A stretch of DNA of 64,000 nucleotides, taken from positions 31,395 to 95,394 of the IMG/VR virus record IMGVR_UViG_3300032323_000793. One strand, 5' to 3'. The position numbers and the translations under genes are program-made. The DNA is from a virus. The first letter of the stretch is position 1, and each line of letters begins with the position of its first letter. The notes below the pieces were generated by a model that worked only from the letters and a program-made list of their open reading frames with translations, searched no databases and was not told where the DNA came from. Below, piece after piece: positions 15,988 to 26,225 of the stretch.

Positions 15988-17206
15988 TAGGAAAAGTAAT
16001 ATCTCTTACTTTTTCAAAAAAAGCAATTTTATCTACACCTTCTCGATATAGTTTTTCGTTTCTGCCAGACTTTATCATTTTTTCAATGTAACTTTTCAAC
16101 ATATCAATTCTTTCTCTGGTTCCGTTTCTTTCTAAGTACTCGAGATTATTTGATTCCCATTTAATATAATCCTCGTATATTTTAGTTTTAGTTTCTTGAG
16201 GAAGATGTGTTGGATCAAAATACTTAGGATTATATACATAATTGAACATGGGATGGGGTTCAATCGATGTTAATTGTGTAGATATTTCTTTGTGCCAATC
16301 TAAAAACTCTATAATTCTATCACAGTTTAATGAACTAAATGTTGCATGTATCTGTATGCTAATATTTCCTTGTTCTTTGGCCACAGTATTAATAGTTTCT
16401 AAATTATCTATTAACTTATTCCATTTCATTGGATATCTAATAAATTCATTTAATTTACCGTAAGCATCAACACTTACGCACAAATAAACACGTTTGAATT
16501 CTTTCCAACAGTCTAATATTTCTCTTGGTGTTTTGGTAAGATTAGAATTATAACTTAATACTATGTTCTTAGATATTCCAAGGTCAATAAATTTTTGTAA
16601 AAATGCTTGATGATCAATTATTAAAGGTTCGCCGCCAACAATATGTATTCTTTCAACTTTGCTAACAAAAGGATACAATTTTTCAAGACAACTTCCGTCA
16701 TGATACCAATCTAACTTCATCATCCTATCATAATGCTCTATAGGTATTTGTTTGGTATCTAATTGTTCTTTTAGAAATAAAGTACTGTTAAATCCATTAC
16801 ACATTACACATTTAAGATTGCATCTATTACCAAACGTGATATCTAGATAATAAAATTCTGCTTCTTTGATAGTGCCGTCTGCGTCACATTTTGAAATCCA
16901 ATAGTCTTCATCCATTGAAACTCCGAAACTTTCGTTGAACCATTGTCTCCAACTTATTTTTCCGTTACTTTCAATCTCCCAACATTTTTTACAAGTAGGA
17001 TGTTTTTTATCTTCTATAAAATATTTTCTTATTTCTTTGTGAAAATCATTATTAAAAGATTCTAAGACTTCAAATGTAGGATCGTTAAATTCTTTATTTT
17101 TTTCTAATCTATCATATCCTTGATTATTACAACATATTCGTTGTCTACCTGCATTATCGAGACTAAACGCAGCAAAAGGATATAGGCAAAAATTTTTTCT
17201 AGTCAT
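15971..17206 (-). CDS. radical SAM protein with N-terminal SPASM/twitch-like Cys domain
   Basis: CNLKCVMC and GGEP; N-terminal CLYPF...ICC...CKKC. Confidence 0.88.
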   Translation of the reverse strand: MTRKNFCLYPFAAFSLDNAGRQRICCNNQGYDRLEKNKEFNDPTFEVLESFNNDFHKEIRKYFIEDKKHPTCKKCWEIESNGKISWRQWFNESFGVSMDEDYWISKCDADGTIKEAEFYYLDITFGNRCNLKCVMCNGFNSTLFLKEQLDTKQIPIEHYDRMMKLDWYHDGSCLEKLYPFVSKVERIHIVGGEPLIIDHQAFLQKFIDLGISKNIVLSYNSNLTKTPREILDCWKEFKRVYLCVSVDAYGKLNEFIRYPMKWNKLIDNLETINTVAKEQGNISIQIHATFSSLNCDRIIEFLDWHKEISTQLTSIEPHPMFNYVYNPKYFDPTHLPQETKTKIYEDYIKWESNNLEYLERNGTRERIDMLKSYIEKMIKSGRNEKLYREGVDKIAFFEKVRDITFPTKTES

Positions 17207-18162
17207 TTTTCTTTAGTAATTAATATATCAGTTCCGCAATGACAATAGTCCTTTTGACAGGTAACATCGTTTAACGTTAATTTAAAAACATCAAATATGT
17301 TTCCCAACGACGGTCCTTGGCCGCAACTTGCTGCTCTCATTGTTCCGCTAGGTGAAATAAAAATAGATTCCTGAACTTTACATTTCCATCCTTGGAAAAA
17401 ATTCCTGTTTTCTGCTATAATTCTATTACTGTTCAAAGTTTTCGTAGTTCCATCATCGTATTTTTCTACAGAGGCAATTACTGTTTTTGGTTCAGGTTTA
17501 TATATAGTTATCTTAGATTCAAAATTATTTTTTGATATAAAATCTGATATTCTAGGATCTTTGTATTTCCACGGGCCTGCCACGACACTCATTTCATCTA
17601 ATAGCGGAACCCATTCAAGATTGTAGTTCTTTAATTTAGTTTTAATTTCATTTCCTACAACTAACATATCATCAAACTTTTCTTCTAATAGCATCATTCT
17701 CAAACAAAGATAATTTACTTTATTTTGTAAAAATTCTGCAATTTCTAAATAATTTGATTTATTTGCAAATTCAGGATGATAACTAGCAACTACATCATCA
17801 AACAATTGATAATGTTTTTCCCACCAAGAAATTTTTCTACTTAGGTTTGTGTTAATTCCCAAAGTTACATTATGACCCAATCGATCTTTAAGAAAATTAG
17901 ATACTGGTATTAAACCTTTCCACAGTGTAGGCTCGCCTCCACTATAATAAAACTTAAAATATACGTAACCATTATCTTGATAATATTTTATTATTTTTTC
18001 TAGATTCTCTATTAAAACATCAATTTTATCTTCATTGGTATAAGATCCACTCCAGTTTCCTTCGTTACAATAACTACATCTATAATTGCAAAAATTATTA
18101 ACTTGCCATGTTACAGCAAGATACGGATTGTCCTTAGGAGAAATGGCTATTAGATTCGGCAT
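17203..18162 (-). CDS. radical SAM protein with C-terminal SPASM/twitch-like domain
   Basis: CNYRCSYC and SGGEPT; C-terminal C...ISPSG...SC...LGNI...CQKDYCHC. Confidence 0.88.
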   Translation of the reverse strand: MPNLIAISPKDNPYLAVTWQVNNFCNYRCSYCNEGNWSGSYTNEDKIDVLIENLEKIIKYYQDNGYVYFKFYYSGGEPTLWKGLIPVSNFLKDRLGHNVTLGINTNLSRKISWWEKHYQLFDDVVASYHPEFANKSNYLEIAEFLQNKVNYLCLRMMLLEEKFDDMLVVGNEIKTKLKNYNLEWVPLLDEMSVVAGPWKYKDPRISDFISKNNFESKITIYKPEPKTVIASVEKYDDGTTKTLNSNRIIAENRNFFQGWKCKVQESIFISPSGTMRAASCGQGPSLGNIFDVFKLTLNDVTCQKDYCHCGTDILITKEK

Positions 18163-20603
18163 GATATCTCAAAAAATGTAGACTCGAAATTTGTGCCTCT
18201 ATGTTTGTCTAACAGTTTGTTAAACTCTAAAAATTCACCAATCTTGTCTTTTTGATATTCTTCACTGTAATAGTATTCGTAAATTTTTTGGAAAACTTCT
18301 TGTCCTACATATCTGTTTAGATATTTCAATTGTCTCTCTGCTTCTTGCATTTTAATTACAGCATCATTCCTCATTTCGCTACTCCATATTGTAGTGCGCA
18401 TAAAATTTGGATTGTCTAAGAAAATAGGGTACCAACCTACGGGTCGATATTCTGCTTTGTTATCAAGATAACGCCATATATCTGGTAAAGAAAATAAATT
18501 ATAAGCACTAATTACAGAATAAACTACAATCTTAATATTTGGCAGGGCTGCAATGGCAGTAAAATTATTATCAAATTCTTGCCAATTTAGAGGATGTCTA
18601 ACATAATTTCCTTCATCCCCAACTCCATCTATGCTAATCTGTATTTCATTATTAGGAAAATGAGACATCAAATCTAACAATTCGCCTTCTGCTGTTGTAC
18701 CGTTGGTAGTAAAACTTACAAAACAATCCGTATTGTTAGATTCTATGAGATTTTTTAGTAATGTTCTATTTTCTTTAATTAACGTAGGTTCGCCGCCTGT
18801 AAGATATATTCTTTTAAGATTGCCCGATACCTTTTGCATAGTATCTTTATATGTTTCATTTTTAAACCATTTATTAATATCAGCAGGAATATTTCGTTCA
18901 CTGGCCCACATTACTTGATATTTTTTATTTTCTGTCTCTTTGTCTAGAATACGTTGACGTTCTTCATTGACTTTGCTACTACTGCCGCCCCAACATGAAT
19001 TACAGGCTAAATTACAAGTATTACCTAATCTTAATTCTAAACTAGTTAATTTGTCTAAAGATACTTTTGAATTGTGTAAAAATTCATTCACCGACTGTAT
19101 AACATTAATATCAGATTGATATTTTTTATTAGATTCAGTTCTACTACTGCTACCAGATAATTTTTCGTGTCTATAACAGACTTGGCAGTCAGAGACTTCT
19201 TCACCCACTAACATTTTCCAACGAGCATTTTGCATATGTTCGTTATTCCAAATTTCTTCTATAGAATCTTGTCCTAAATTAAATTCGGTACTGTCAGACT
19301 TTTTAAGGTGAGAATTATCTCGTACAGTACAACACAGTTTTACACTACCGTCTGTATTGCTGTTTAAATTAAAGAAAGGAAATACGCAAAATGTTTTAGA
19401 TCTCATCGATGGAATTTTTAAATGATCTCTAAGTTCTGGAAAAGTTTCAAAAAGATCTTCATTTCGAATACTATCAACTGACTGATTAACGTATCCAAAT
19501 TTTTCTGTTAATTTAAATTTATTGTCTGGTTCAGTCATTAAAAAATTTATCACACTTTCAAACTGACTTATTACTGCCGTACTGGCTTCTGTATTTTTCA
19601 TTACAGCCTTGGTCCATGTAATTAGTTCGTTCCATTTATCGATAATGACGTGTTTATTTTCTAAAACATTGGCCTGTTGACGAGGAGGCTGAGTTAGTAT
19701 ATTCAATCTAATATTTTTAGGTTCTAATAATTCTTCTAGCACCCACTCTTTGTAAAAATCTGGAAAATGCCATACATTATAAAGACTTATAGTAGGAGTA
19801 ATATGAAATTTTACGCCGGGCAATAGTTTTAATTTTTTTCTGTTCTCGACTATATTTTTCCAGACGGTGCCTTTTCGTAAATATTCTCCTCGTTCCCACG
19901 ACGCATCTAAACTAGCATATACTTCAACCCTATAAAATTTACTCCATAAATCAAAAAGATCTATCTGCTTATATTTTAAAGTGCTAAGATTTGTAGTATA
20001 CATTAACTTAACATCAAAGCGTTTCATCTCGATTAATTTTGTTAAGGCAGCATAATGTTCTTCTTGCATCAATGCTTCGCCGCCTGCAAAAACTATTTCT
20101 TCAGCAGTTTCTAATGCCTGTTCGTAATAGTTCCAAAATTTTTCTCTTGGTATTTGAATGATTCCAGGATCTGGTTGATTTTTTAAAAGTGGAATTTCAG
20201 GTCCCCATTTGCTGCTTAATTCGGGGCCACATGTTCTACATTTAAAATTGCAGATGTTACTAAATCTAATATCAAGATATCTAACTTCACTCATTGTATC
20301 TTTTTTTGATTCAACAATAGGAATTAAATGTTTCTTGAATGTAGAACTAGTTGATTGCCTTAGTGTTTGAATTCCAGATTCTTCCAATTGGTAACAACGT
20401 TTGCAGCCCTCAGGACGTTCGTTGTTTAATAACTGACGTCTTAATTGTTTGTAAGAATCATTATTAACTAAGTCTTCAATATGTTCTTGATTAATGTTTC
20501 CAAGAGGTTTACTTGAATCGTACATACAGCAGGGGAAAACTGACCCATCGGGCCATGCATGAATTCCTACCCAAGGCTGTAAACAAAAATTGTCTTTATC
20601 CAT
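18150..20603 (-). CDS. tandem double radical SAM protein (two SPASM-like + rSAM modules)
   Basis: Module 1: CLQPW..PCC..CKRC, CNFKCRTC, AGGEA. Module 2: CVFPF..LCC..CQVC, CNLACNSC, TGGEP. Confidence 0.88.
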   Translation of the reverse strand: MDKDNFCLQPWVGIHAWPDGSVFPCCMYDSSKPLGNINQEHIEDLVNNDSYKQLRRQLLNNERPEGCKRCYQLEESGIQTLRQSTSSTFKKHLIPIVESKKDTMSEVRYLDIRFSNICNFKCRTCGPELSSKWGPEIPLLKNQPDPGIIQIPREKFWNYYEQALETAEEIVFAGGEALMQEEHYAALTKLIEMKRFDVKLMYTTNLSTLKYKQIDLFDLWSKFYRVEVYASLDASWERGEYLRKGTVWKNIVENRKKLKLLPGVKFHITPTISLYNVWHFPDFYKEWVLEELLEPKNIRLNILTQPPRQQANVLENKHVIIDKWNELITWTKAVMKNTEASTAVISQFESVINFLMTEPDNKFKLTEKFGYVNQSVDSIRNEDLFETFPELRDHLKIPSMRSKTFCVFPFFNLNSNTDGSVKLCCTVRDNSHLKKSDSTEFNLGQDSIEEIWNNEHMQNARWKMLVGEEVSDCQVCYRHEKLSGSSSRTESNKKYQSDINVIQSVNEFLHNSKVSLDKLTSLELRLGNTCNLACNSCWGGSSSKVNEERQRILDKETENKKYQVMWASERNIPADINKWFKNETYKDTMQKVSGNLKRIYLTGGEPTLIKENRTLLKNLIESNNTDCFVSFTTNGTTAEGELLDLMSHFPNNEIQISIDGVGDEGNYVRHPLNWQEFDNNFTAIAALPNIKIVVYSVISAYNLFSLPDIWRYLDNKAEYRPVGWYPIFLDNPNFMRTTIWSSEMRNDAVIKMQEAERQLKYLNRYVGQEVFQKIYEYYYSEEYQKDKIGEFLEFNKLLDKHRGTNFESTFFEISCRI

Positions 20604-21966
20604 AATTTTTACACATCTCTAAAAAGTTTCTTAGTTGAGGGAAAGTTTCTTCAAAATTGGTTCCTCGTCTTCGATCATACTCGTTAAACCAATTATAAAA
20701 ATCTTTTCTTCCTTCAGTTAATTTATCATTGCTATAGTTGGTAGTTTCCATGTACTTTACTACCCTTAAAAATTTTTCATATTCTAATTCACTAAATTTA
20801 AACCTGTTATTATCATCTAAATTATCTTTGATAAAATTTAAATGATTGTACATATAGGTCATAAATTCTTCTTTAGGCAATATATTCATATCATACTGCA
20901 ACGGTTCTTTTAAAAACGGAGTATCAAATCTTACACGTTGCCATTTGTTTTGATTATTGCCATTATACTTTGTTCTCCACTCTAAAATTTTAGTTAGTAA
21001 AGTTGAAAAATTTGGAACCGTTAATATATTAAAGGTAATCATGAATGTTATAGGCAGATTTGTTTTAGTTAAGTAGGTATTGAGATTTCTTTCCCATAGT
21101 TCAATGTCTAATCCTGTTCGAATATACTCTGCTTGAGGACCCCAAGTATCCATACTAGTGAAAATTTTAAAATCTTTAATTTTTTTATTTTCTATTAAAT
21201 TATTAACCTTTTCAGTGAGTCTATCTAAAAGTATAGGCTTTACACCAAAATTACTGTTAATGTTAAGTTCGAGATCAGGCAACGGATTATTTTCTAAATC
21301 TTCTAACAGACGCCAAGTGCTTTGTTGCAATAGAGGCTCGCCTCCTGTAATGCGCAGGATTGTTAATGTCTTGCGAACTTCAGGCCACCAACGCCACCAT
21401 GCTTCAACATAGGGATTTTCTTCTTCTTCGTAAATTTTAAACCAGTCAATGTCATTACGATGATTTTTGACCATATCATACGGTCCATGATCTTTTATTT
21501 CTTTGTAATAACTGCTCGAATGTTTAGGATGACAATAGCCGCATTTAAAATTACACTCGTTACCAAATGAAATTTCTATATACTGTGGACTAATATTTTG
21601 ATCCCAGTCGCCATTTTTAATTTGATCGAATCGTTCAACATTATAAATGCTGGCATTTCTTTCTTTGCGATCACTGATATAATCTTCACCTAGTGCTTCT
21701 ATATTCCAACAGTAATTACAGCCACTAGGTTTTCCTCCATTAAGCATTTCTAGTCTTTCCATTTTCTTTTGACTAGTATTATGCAAAGCACTAGCATCTA
21801 TGGCAATTTCTTCCAAAGGAATTTTATGAGGAGGCGGGTGATAGCAACTATGCGTTTCACCGGTCTGTAAGTAGATAGTGGTGTGATGCCATTTAGCCAA
21901 ACAGAACGTAGGACTAACTTCATTCATTATGGGGATGAATTTTTGAATCCTAGTCTTGTCTTGCAT
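20596..21966 (-). CDS. radical SAM protein with N-terminal Cys/His domain
   Basis: CNFKCGYC and TGGEP; N-terminal CLAKW...SCYH...CNYC. ATG at 21966 after AAGGA. Confidence 0.88.
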   Translation of the reverse strand: MQDKTRIQKFIPIMNEVSPTFCLAKWHHTTIYLQTGETHSCYHPPPHKIPLEEIAIDASALHNTSQKKMERLEMLNGGKPSGCNYCWNIEALGEDYISDRKERNASIYNVERFDQIKNGDWDQNISPQYIEISFGNECNFKCGYCHPKHSSSYYKEIKDHGPYDMVKNHRNDIDWFKIYEEEENPYVEAWWRWWPEVRKTLTILRITGGEPLLQQSTWRLLEDLENNPLPDLELNINSNFGVKPILLDRLTEKVNNLIENKKIKDFKIFTSMDTWGPQAEYIRTGLDIELWERNLNTYLTKTNLPITFMITFNILTVPNFSTLLTKILEWRTKYNGNNQNKWQRVRFDTPFLKEPLQYDMNILPKEEFMTYMYNHLNFIKDNLDDNNRFKFSELEYEKFLRVVKYMETTNYSNDKLTEGRKDFYNWFNEYDRRRGTNFEETFPQLRNFLEMCKNYG

Positions 21967-23926
21967 CAAATTGTTCCTTTAACCAATCAAAATTATTAAT
22001 CATCGCTAATGCAGTTGGATTATTTTTATTCAGTTCTCCATATAATTTACCAGATTTTGCTCCTAGCATTGCATATTTTCCAAATGGTTTATCTTCCCCT
22101 TTGGAACACCATGTCTGTAAACGTAAAGTTGTTTCTTCTTCGTCTTGACGTTCAATAACACGACTGGCTAATTTACAGCACTCTCTGAATGCACTTCTCC
22201 ATGTAGAAAATTCATCTGTGTTAAAAGAATTTATATTAGAAACTTTATCTACTGCTTTAAACTTTTTAGAAATAGACGTTGTCATATCCGAAGTATCGAC
22301 ATTCATATCTACAACCATTTGTCTTGGTAGCAATTTAATACCACCATTACCATATTCTAAATTGTTAACAGGATTACGACTTTTCCATACATGCACACAA
22401 TCAATATCATACGAAGACATTACTAGATTAAAATCAAAATCATCTTCAATAATTGCATCTCCATCAACTACCCAGAACATATCTGTATTGCATAATTCTG
22501 CTGCTTTAATATGTGCTTGATGAATCCCTTTAACACCGTGTATTCGTTTTGCTCTAGGACATTTATCAAGTAGTTTTTTATAATTGGAATCTGCATTTGA
22601 TTCATTATAAGAAATAAAAACTACATCATATAGTTTATGTTTTGACACAGTCCTGTTGTGTTCTTTCTTTTCTATCAAAAATCTATGAATAAATTCTCTG
22701 TGGCTGATCATTTTTTCTTTAGAAAATAAAGTTACTCCGTTTATAAAAATTTCTTTATCGTTGAATAGATTTTTAAAAACATGATTTTCATTTCTATCAT
22801 GATCATATTTTCCATTATTAGGATCAAAATATAAATCAAAAACTGAATTATCAGTAACTTCGATCTCTGGCCAAATTCCCCAAAATAACGGCTGAGTTTC
22901 TGTTTTTATAATTTTTTCATAATCTTCATAGGTGTTAATCACGTAGCGATTATACCTGTAACAGGTCGCTATTTTGTCGTGTTCTTTTTTGTCCATGAGA
23001 TATTGTCTATCAAACTCTTTTTTAGAAATAATTTTAGATTTAGAAAACAATGTAAGTCCGCTGAGATAATATTCAGACCCGTTACATAAGTTTTTAAAAA
23101 CATGATTTTCATTTCTATCATAATCATATTGTCCGTCGCTGGGGTCAAAATATAAATCAAAAACAGTTTCATCTAATACTTCAGTATTAGGCCATTGGCA
23201 CCAAAACATTTTTTGATTTTCTTTTTCTAAAATTTCTTGATATTCTTTGTAACTTTTAATATGATAACGGGGATATCTGTATCTGCTGGCTATCTTGTCA
23301 TGCTCTTTTTTATCTACAGCATACTTGTTTTCAAATTCTCTTTTACTTAATTTTTTGTGCTTACTGTTAAGTAATATTCCGCCTACATAAGAAATTTGAT
23401 CGTTACACAAATTTTTAAAAATATGATTCTCTTTTCTGTCATATCCTGTATAATCAAATATTGACTCGTCGATAATTTCTATTTCAGGCCATACTAACCA
23501 ATATATGTCATCTGTTATAGACTCATACTCTTCGTAAGTATTAGGTCTGTATATATTGTATCTTTTTGGGCGGCTTAGTTCTATATCTATTTCTTTTTTA
23601 GAAATAAAATATCTATACTCAAACTCTCTATCACTTACGTTTAATAATTTAGGAAATAGACAAACACCATCAAACATCTGTCCATTTTTAAAAACATGAA
23701 CATACATGTCATCCCATTTAGTTGCTCGATATTCTAATGGATCAAAAGATTTGTTAAGTTTTAAATCGTCCCATATTACCCAAAACATTTTTGTAAATGC
23801 TCTAGACGATATATCCCTGTAAGATTTTACATGTTGTAGACGCTGCGCTAACGGGTATTGAGATTTTATCTCATTCCAGTCAGCATCATTGCCTGCATCT
23901 TTCGAAACATAAAAAATATCATACAT
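21950..23926 (-). CDS. GT-A glycosyltransferase-like protein with four degenerate N-terminal repeats
   Basis: The C-terminal domain YDVVFISYNE...HGVKG..AH.KAA...FWVVDGD (DxD) is paralogous to the upstream gene. It is preceded by repeats of about 95-110 aa. Start placed at ATG 23926 (MYDIF). Confidence 0.7.
   Translation of the reverse strand: MYDIFYVSKDAGNDADWNEIKSQYPLAQRLQHVKSYRDISSRAFTKMFWVIWDDLKLNKSFDPLEYRATKWDDMYVHVFKNGQMFDGVCLFPKLLNVSDREFEYRYFISKKEIDIELSRPKRYNIYRPNTYEEYESITDDIYWLVWPEIEIIDESIFDYTGYDRKENHIFKNLCNDQISYVGGILLNSKHKKLSKREFENKYAVDKKEHDKIASRYRYPRYHIKSYKEYQEILEKENQKMFWCQWPNTEVLDETVFDLYFDPSDGQYDYDRNENHVFKNLCNGSEYYLSGLTLFSKSKIISKKEFDRQYLMDKKEHDKIATCYRYNRYVINTYEDYEKIIKTETQPLFWGIWPEIEVTDNSVFDLYFDPNNGKYDHDRNENHVFKNLFNDKEIFINGVTLFSKEKMISHREFIHRFLIEKKEHNRTVSKHKLYDVVFISYNESNADSNYKKLLDKCPRAKRIHGVKGIHQAHIKAAELCNTDMFWVVDGDAIIEDDFDFNLVMSSYDIDCVHVWKSRNPVNNLEYGNGGIKLLPRQMVVDMNVDTSDMTTSISKKFKAVDKVSNINSFNTDEFSTWRSAFRECCKLASRVIERQDEEETTLRLQTWCSKGEDKPFGKYAMLGAKSGKLYGELNKNNPTALAMINNFDWLKEQFDARQD
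22770..23121. repeat. intragenic direct repeat, 321-nt period
   Basis: Identical 31-mer tttttaaaaacatgattttcatttctatcat at 22770-22800 and 23091-23121. A further shared tcaaaatataaatcaaaaac follows each copy. Confidence 0.85.
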
Positions 23927-24836
23927 CTGCAGGCACCGGCATCCGGAAATAAGTGTCATTTAGATTCATAGTTTCATTATATAAATCCAAAGTATATTTG
24001 CTCTGTTGAGCATCTAGCCAAGGCCAATCTAATCCTAGATTGTATTTTATTTTTTCACCGAGATTTTTTATTTCATCAACTAAACCTTCTTCGTTGACTT
24101 CTTCGTACGGTTTTCCGTACTGCTGCCATATATCTCTAAGTATTTCAAAATCTCTTACATCTACATAATTCCAGTCTGTGCAATTAGCCATCCATGTTCC
24201 TAATCTTGCACCGTATACTGCATAGATTCCATTTTCTTCATGACTGCCAACTGTAGACCACATACGCAATCTATGAATATTATGCCACCAAATTCTTTGT
24301 TGTATTTCTTGCGGAGGAACTTTGACACCGTCAAATAATGTCATTTTAACTCCTTCTCGGAATCCTGCTCTCCAAGCCTGGAATGGCGAACCTGTAATAA
24401 CACTGTCGCTGAAACTTAGAGGAAAGTTACGATATCCATCTTCCCAACAAAAGTCTACTTGTCCACGGTCGCTATCAGAGTTTTCGTGAGTGCGCATGTT
24501 AAGGACAAAATCTTTTTTCCAGATTTTTAATCCACCGTTGCCATAACGCAGTCCGTTAATAACGTTACGACCGCACCACCCGTAGACCTGTATTTTAGGA
24601 TCGCTCATATCGAGATCTATATTAAAAAACTTAGGATCTACTATATTGTCTGCATCTACTGTGATAAACCAATCAGTGTCTGATAGATTTGCAGCAGCCT
24701 TGTGTGCATGATCCGAACCCTTTACGCCGTGTACACGTTTAGCCCAAGGCACTTTACTGCAAAGGTCAGCATAATGGAGATCAGCATTTGGCTCATCGTA
24801 ACTTAAAAAGATAACATCAAATTCAATTGTTTTCAT
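23919..24836 (-). CDS. GT-A (GT2-like) glycosyltransferase
   Basis: FDVIFLSYDE, RVHGVKG..AHKAAA, WFITVDAD (DxD), YGNGGLK and AWRAGFREGVK. Confidence 0.72.
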   Translation of the reverse strand: MKTIEFDVIFLSYDEPNADLHYADLCSKVPWAKRVHGVKGSDHAHKAAANLSDTDWFITVDADNIVDPKFFNIDLDMSDPKIQVYGWCGRNVINGLRYGNGGLKIWKKDFVLNMRTHENSDSDRGQVDFCWEDGYRNFPLSFSDSVITGSPFQAWRAGFREGVKMTLFDGVKVPPQEIQQRIWWHNIHRLRMWSTVGSHEENGIYAVYGARLGTWMANCTDWNYVDVRDFEILRDIWQQYGKPYEEVNEEGLVDEIKNLGEKIKYNLGLDWPWLDAQQSKYTLDLYNETMNLNDTYFRMPVPADV

Positions 24837-25410
24837 TTACAAGAATATATTTTTTAAAAATGCGACGTGTATATACACTAAATTTTTTAGGTAGTTTAAT
24901 TTGAAAACTTTTTTCTTCTTCGATTAACTGATTCAATTGTATTGAAAATTTTTCAAAAAGTATATTAGGATCATTGTACTCAGTAATGTAAAAATCCATT
25001 ATGGTATCACCATTATAGTGAATTCTTTTTTTAGATTTTACTTTATCTGACAAAGAAAAAATTAAATTATCTCCCTTAACTTTTACAGTCAAATCAGGGT
25101 CTTTTGAATCAGCCCAATAACTATCTATTATTCTGTGTAGGACATCATCAATTTTAATTAAAGATTTAATTTCTATTATTTCAAGGGTGTCTGATTCAAA
25201 ATCAATATAACAGTTAGCCAAGGATATTCTTCCATCACCGATGGCTTCTCCTATTTCTTGATCTATTTTAATTTTATGTTCGAAGTTATCTGCAGATTGG
25301 TTAGGATATATTCCTTTTACTTTACCTGTTTCAGGATCGTAAACTGCCCAATACTCAATTTCTATTTTATGATCTTGATACCATTTATCGAAATCAATTA
25401 CTTCTTCCAT
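24823..25410 (-). CDS. hypothetical protein in glycosyltransferase operon
   Basis: 195-aa ORF overlapping both neighbours. Confidence 0.7.
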   Translation of the reverse strand: MEEVIDFDKWYQDHKIEIEYWAVYDPETGKVKGIYPNQSADNFEHKIKIDQEIGEAIGDGRISLANCYIDFESDTLEIIEIKSLIKIDDVLHRIIDSYWADSKDPDLTVKVKGDNLIFSLSDKVKSKKRIHYNGDTIMDFYITEYNDPNILFEKFSIQLNQLIEEEKSFQIKLPKKFSVYTRRIFKKYILVNENN

Positions 25411-26225
25411 GCCGTTTCCTCGAGTATGTTGATTATCTCATCTAGGATGATATCTTTATTAACATAATGTATGAGATCTTTCTGTTGAAAATTTCCTATT
25501 TTTAAACCTGTTTTATTAAAATAAAATCCCACATGATTGGTCCATTCGTCAGCGGGCCATGGCCAATTTTGCACTTGACCTTTCATGTGTACTACATTAG
25601 GAAATTCTAATTTAGGAAATTCTAGTTCTAATAATTTTGCAGATAGAGCAAATGCTTCATCTGTACCGATTATTTTAGGTTTAAACTCGTTGAGAAAACC
25701 GTTAGAAAATTCTGTTGGATTATTATAGATTTCTCTCTGTAAATTAAAAAATTCTTTTACTTGATCTGAATCTCTTTTGAAAAAAGTATAATAACTATAT
25801 AGGTTTGGTAAGTTATTGGCTGTAAATGTTTTTCTGTAGTAATCAGAAGTTACAGGCTCGCCTCTATAGGTAAATGCTCTGTCTGTAATAAACAAATCTG
25901 TATTTTCAATAAAATACTCTACCCAATGACTACAATCATTTAAAAACAGCATGTCAACATCTAAACAGACTGTGTAATCAAAAGGACTTAATTGGTCCAT
26001 ATAACTTCTGCCAGACCAGCCAGTATGTTCTTGATGTTCTAGTATTTGATCAAATACCCACGAAGATGTAAAATTTTTTGCCGACTGCACATCATCTGTG
26101 ACCAGACAAACTTGATCATACCCTTCTTTCTGTGTGTTTTTTATACTCAACGCAAGGGCATAGGCTAATTTGTTATAATCAACAGATTCGTTTTTTGAAG
26201 TGATTAGTAAATATCCAAATTTCAT
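25398..26225 (-). CDS. GT-A nucleotide-diphospho-sugar transferase (GT8-like)
   Basis: AYALALSIK, SPFDYTVCLDVDMLF (DxD), GTDEAFALS and VHMKG. Confidence 0.7.
   Translation of the reverse strand: MKFGYLLITSKNESVDYNKLAYALALSIKNTQKEGYDQVCLVTDDVQSAKNFTSSWVFDQILEHQEHTGWSGRSYMDQLSPFDYTVCLDVDMLFLNDCSHWVEYFIENTDLFITDRAFTYRGEPVTSDYYRKTFTANNLPNLYSYYTFFKRDSDQVKEFFNLQREIYNNPTEFSNGFLNEFKPKIIGTDEAFALSAKLLELEFPKLEFPNVVHMKGQVQNWPWPADEWTNHVGFYFNKTGLKIGNFQQKDLIHYVNKDIILDEIINILEETAWKK

Noticed and set aside
15971-21966. Assigning the radical-SAM genes to MoaA, PqqE, NrdG or a RiPP cluster
   Set aside because: No partner genes (moaC, pqq, nrdD), no precursor peptide or transporter seen, and the domain order differs from those families.
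22770-23165. CRISPR-like repeat
   Set aside because: Only two copies, 321 nt apart and in frame within a coding repeat.
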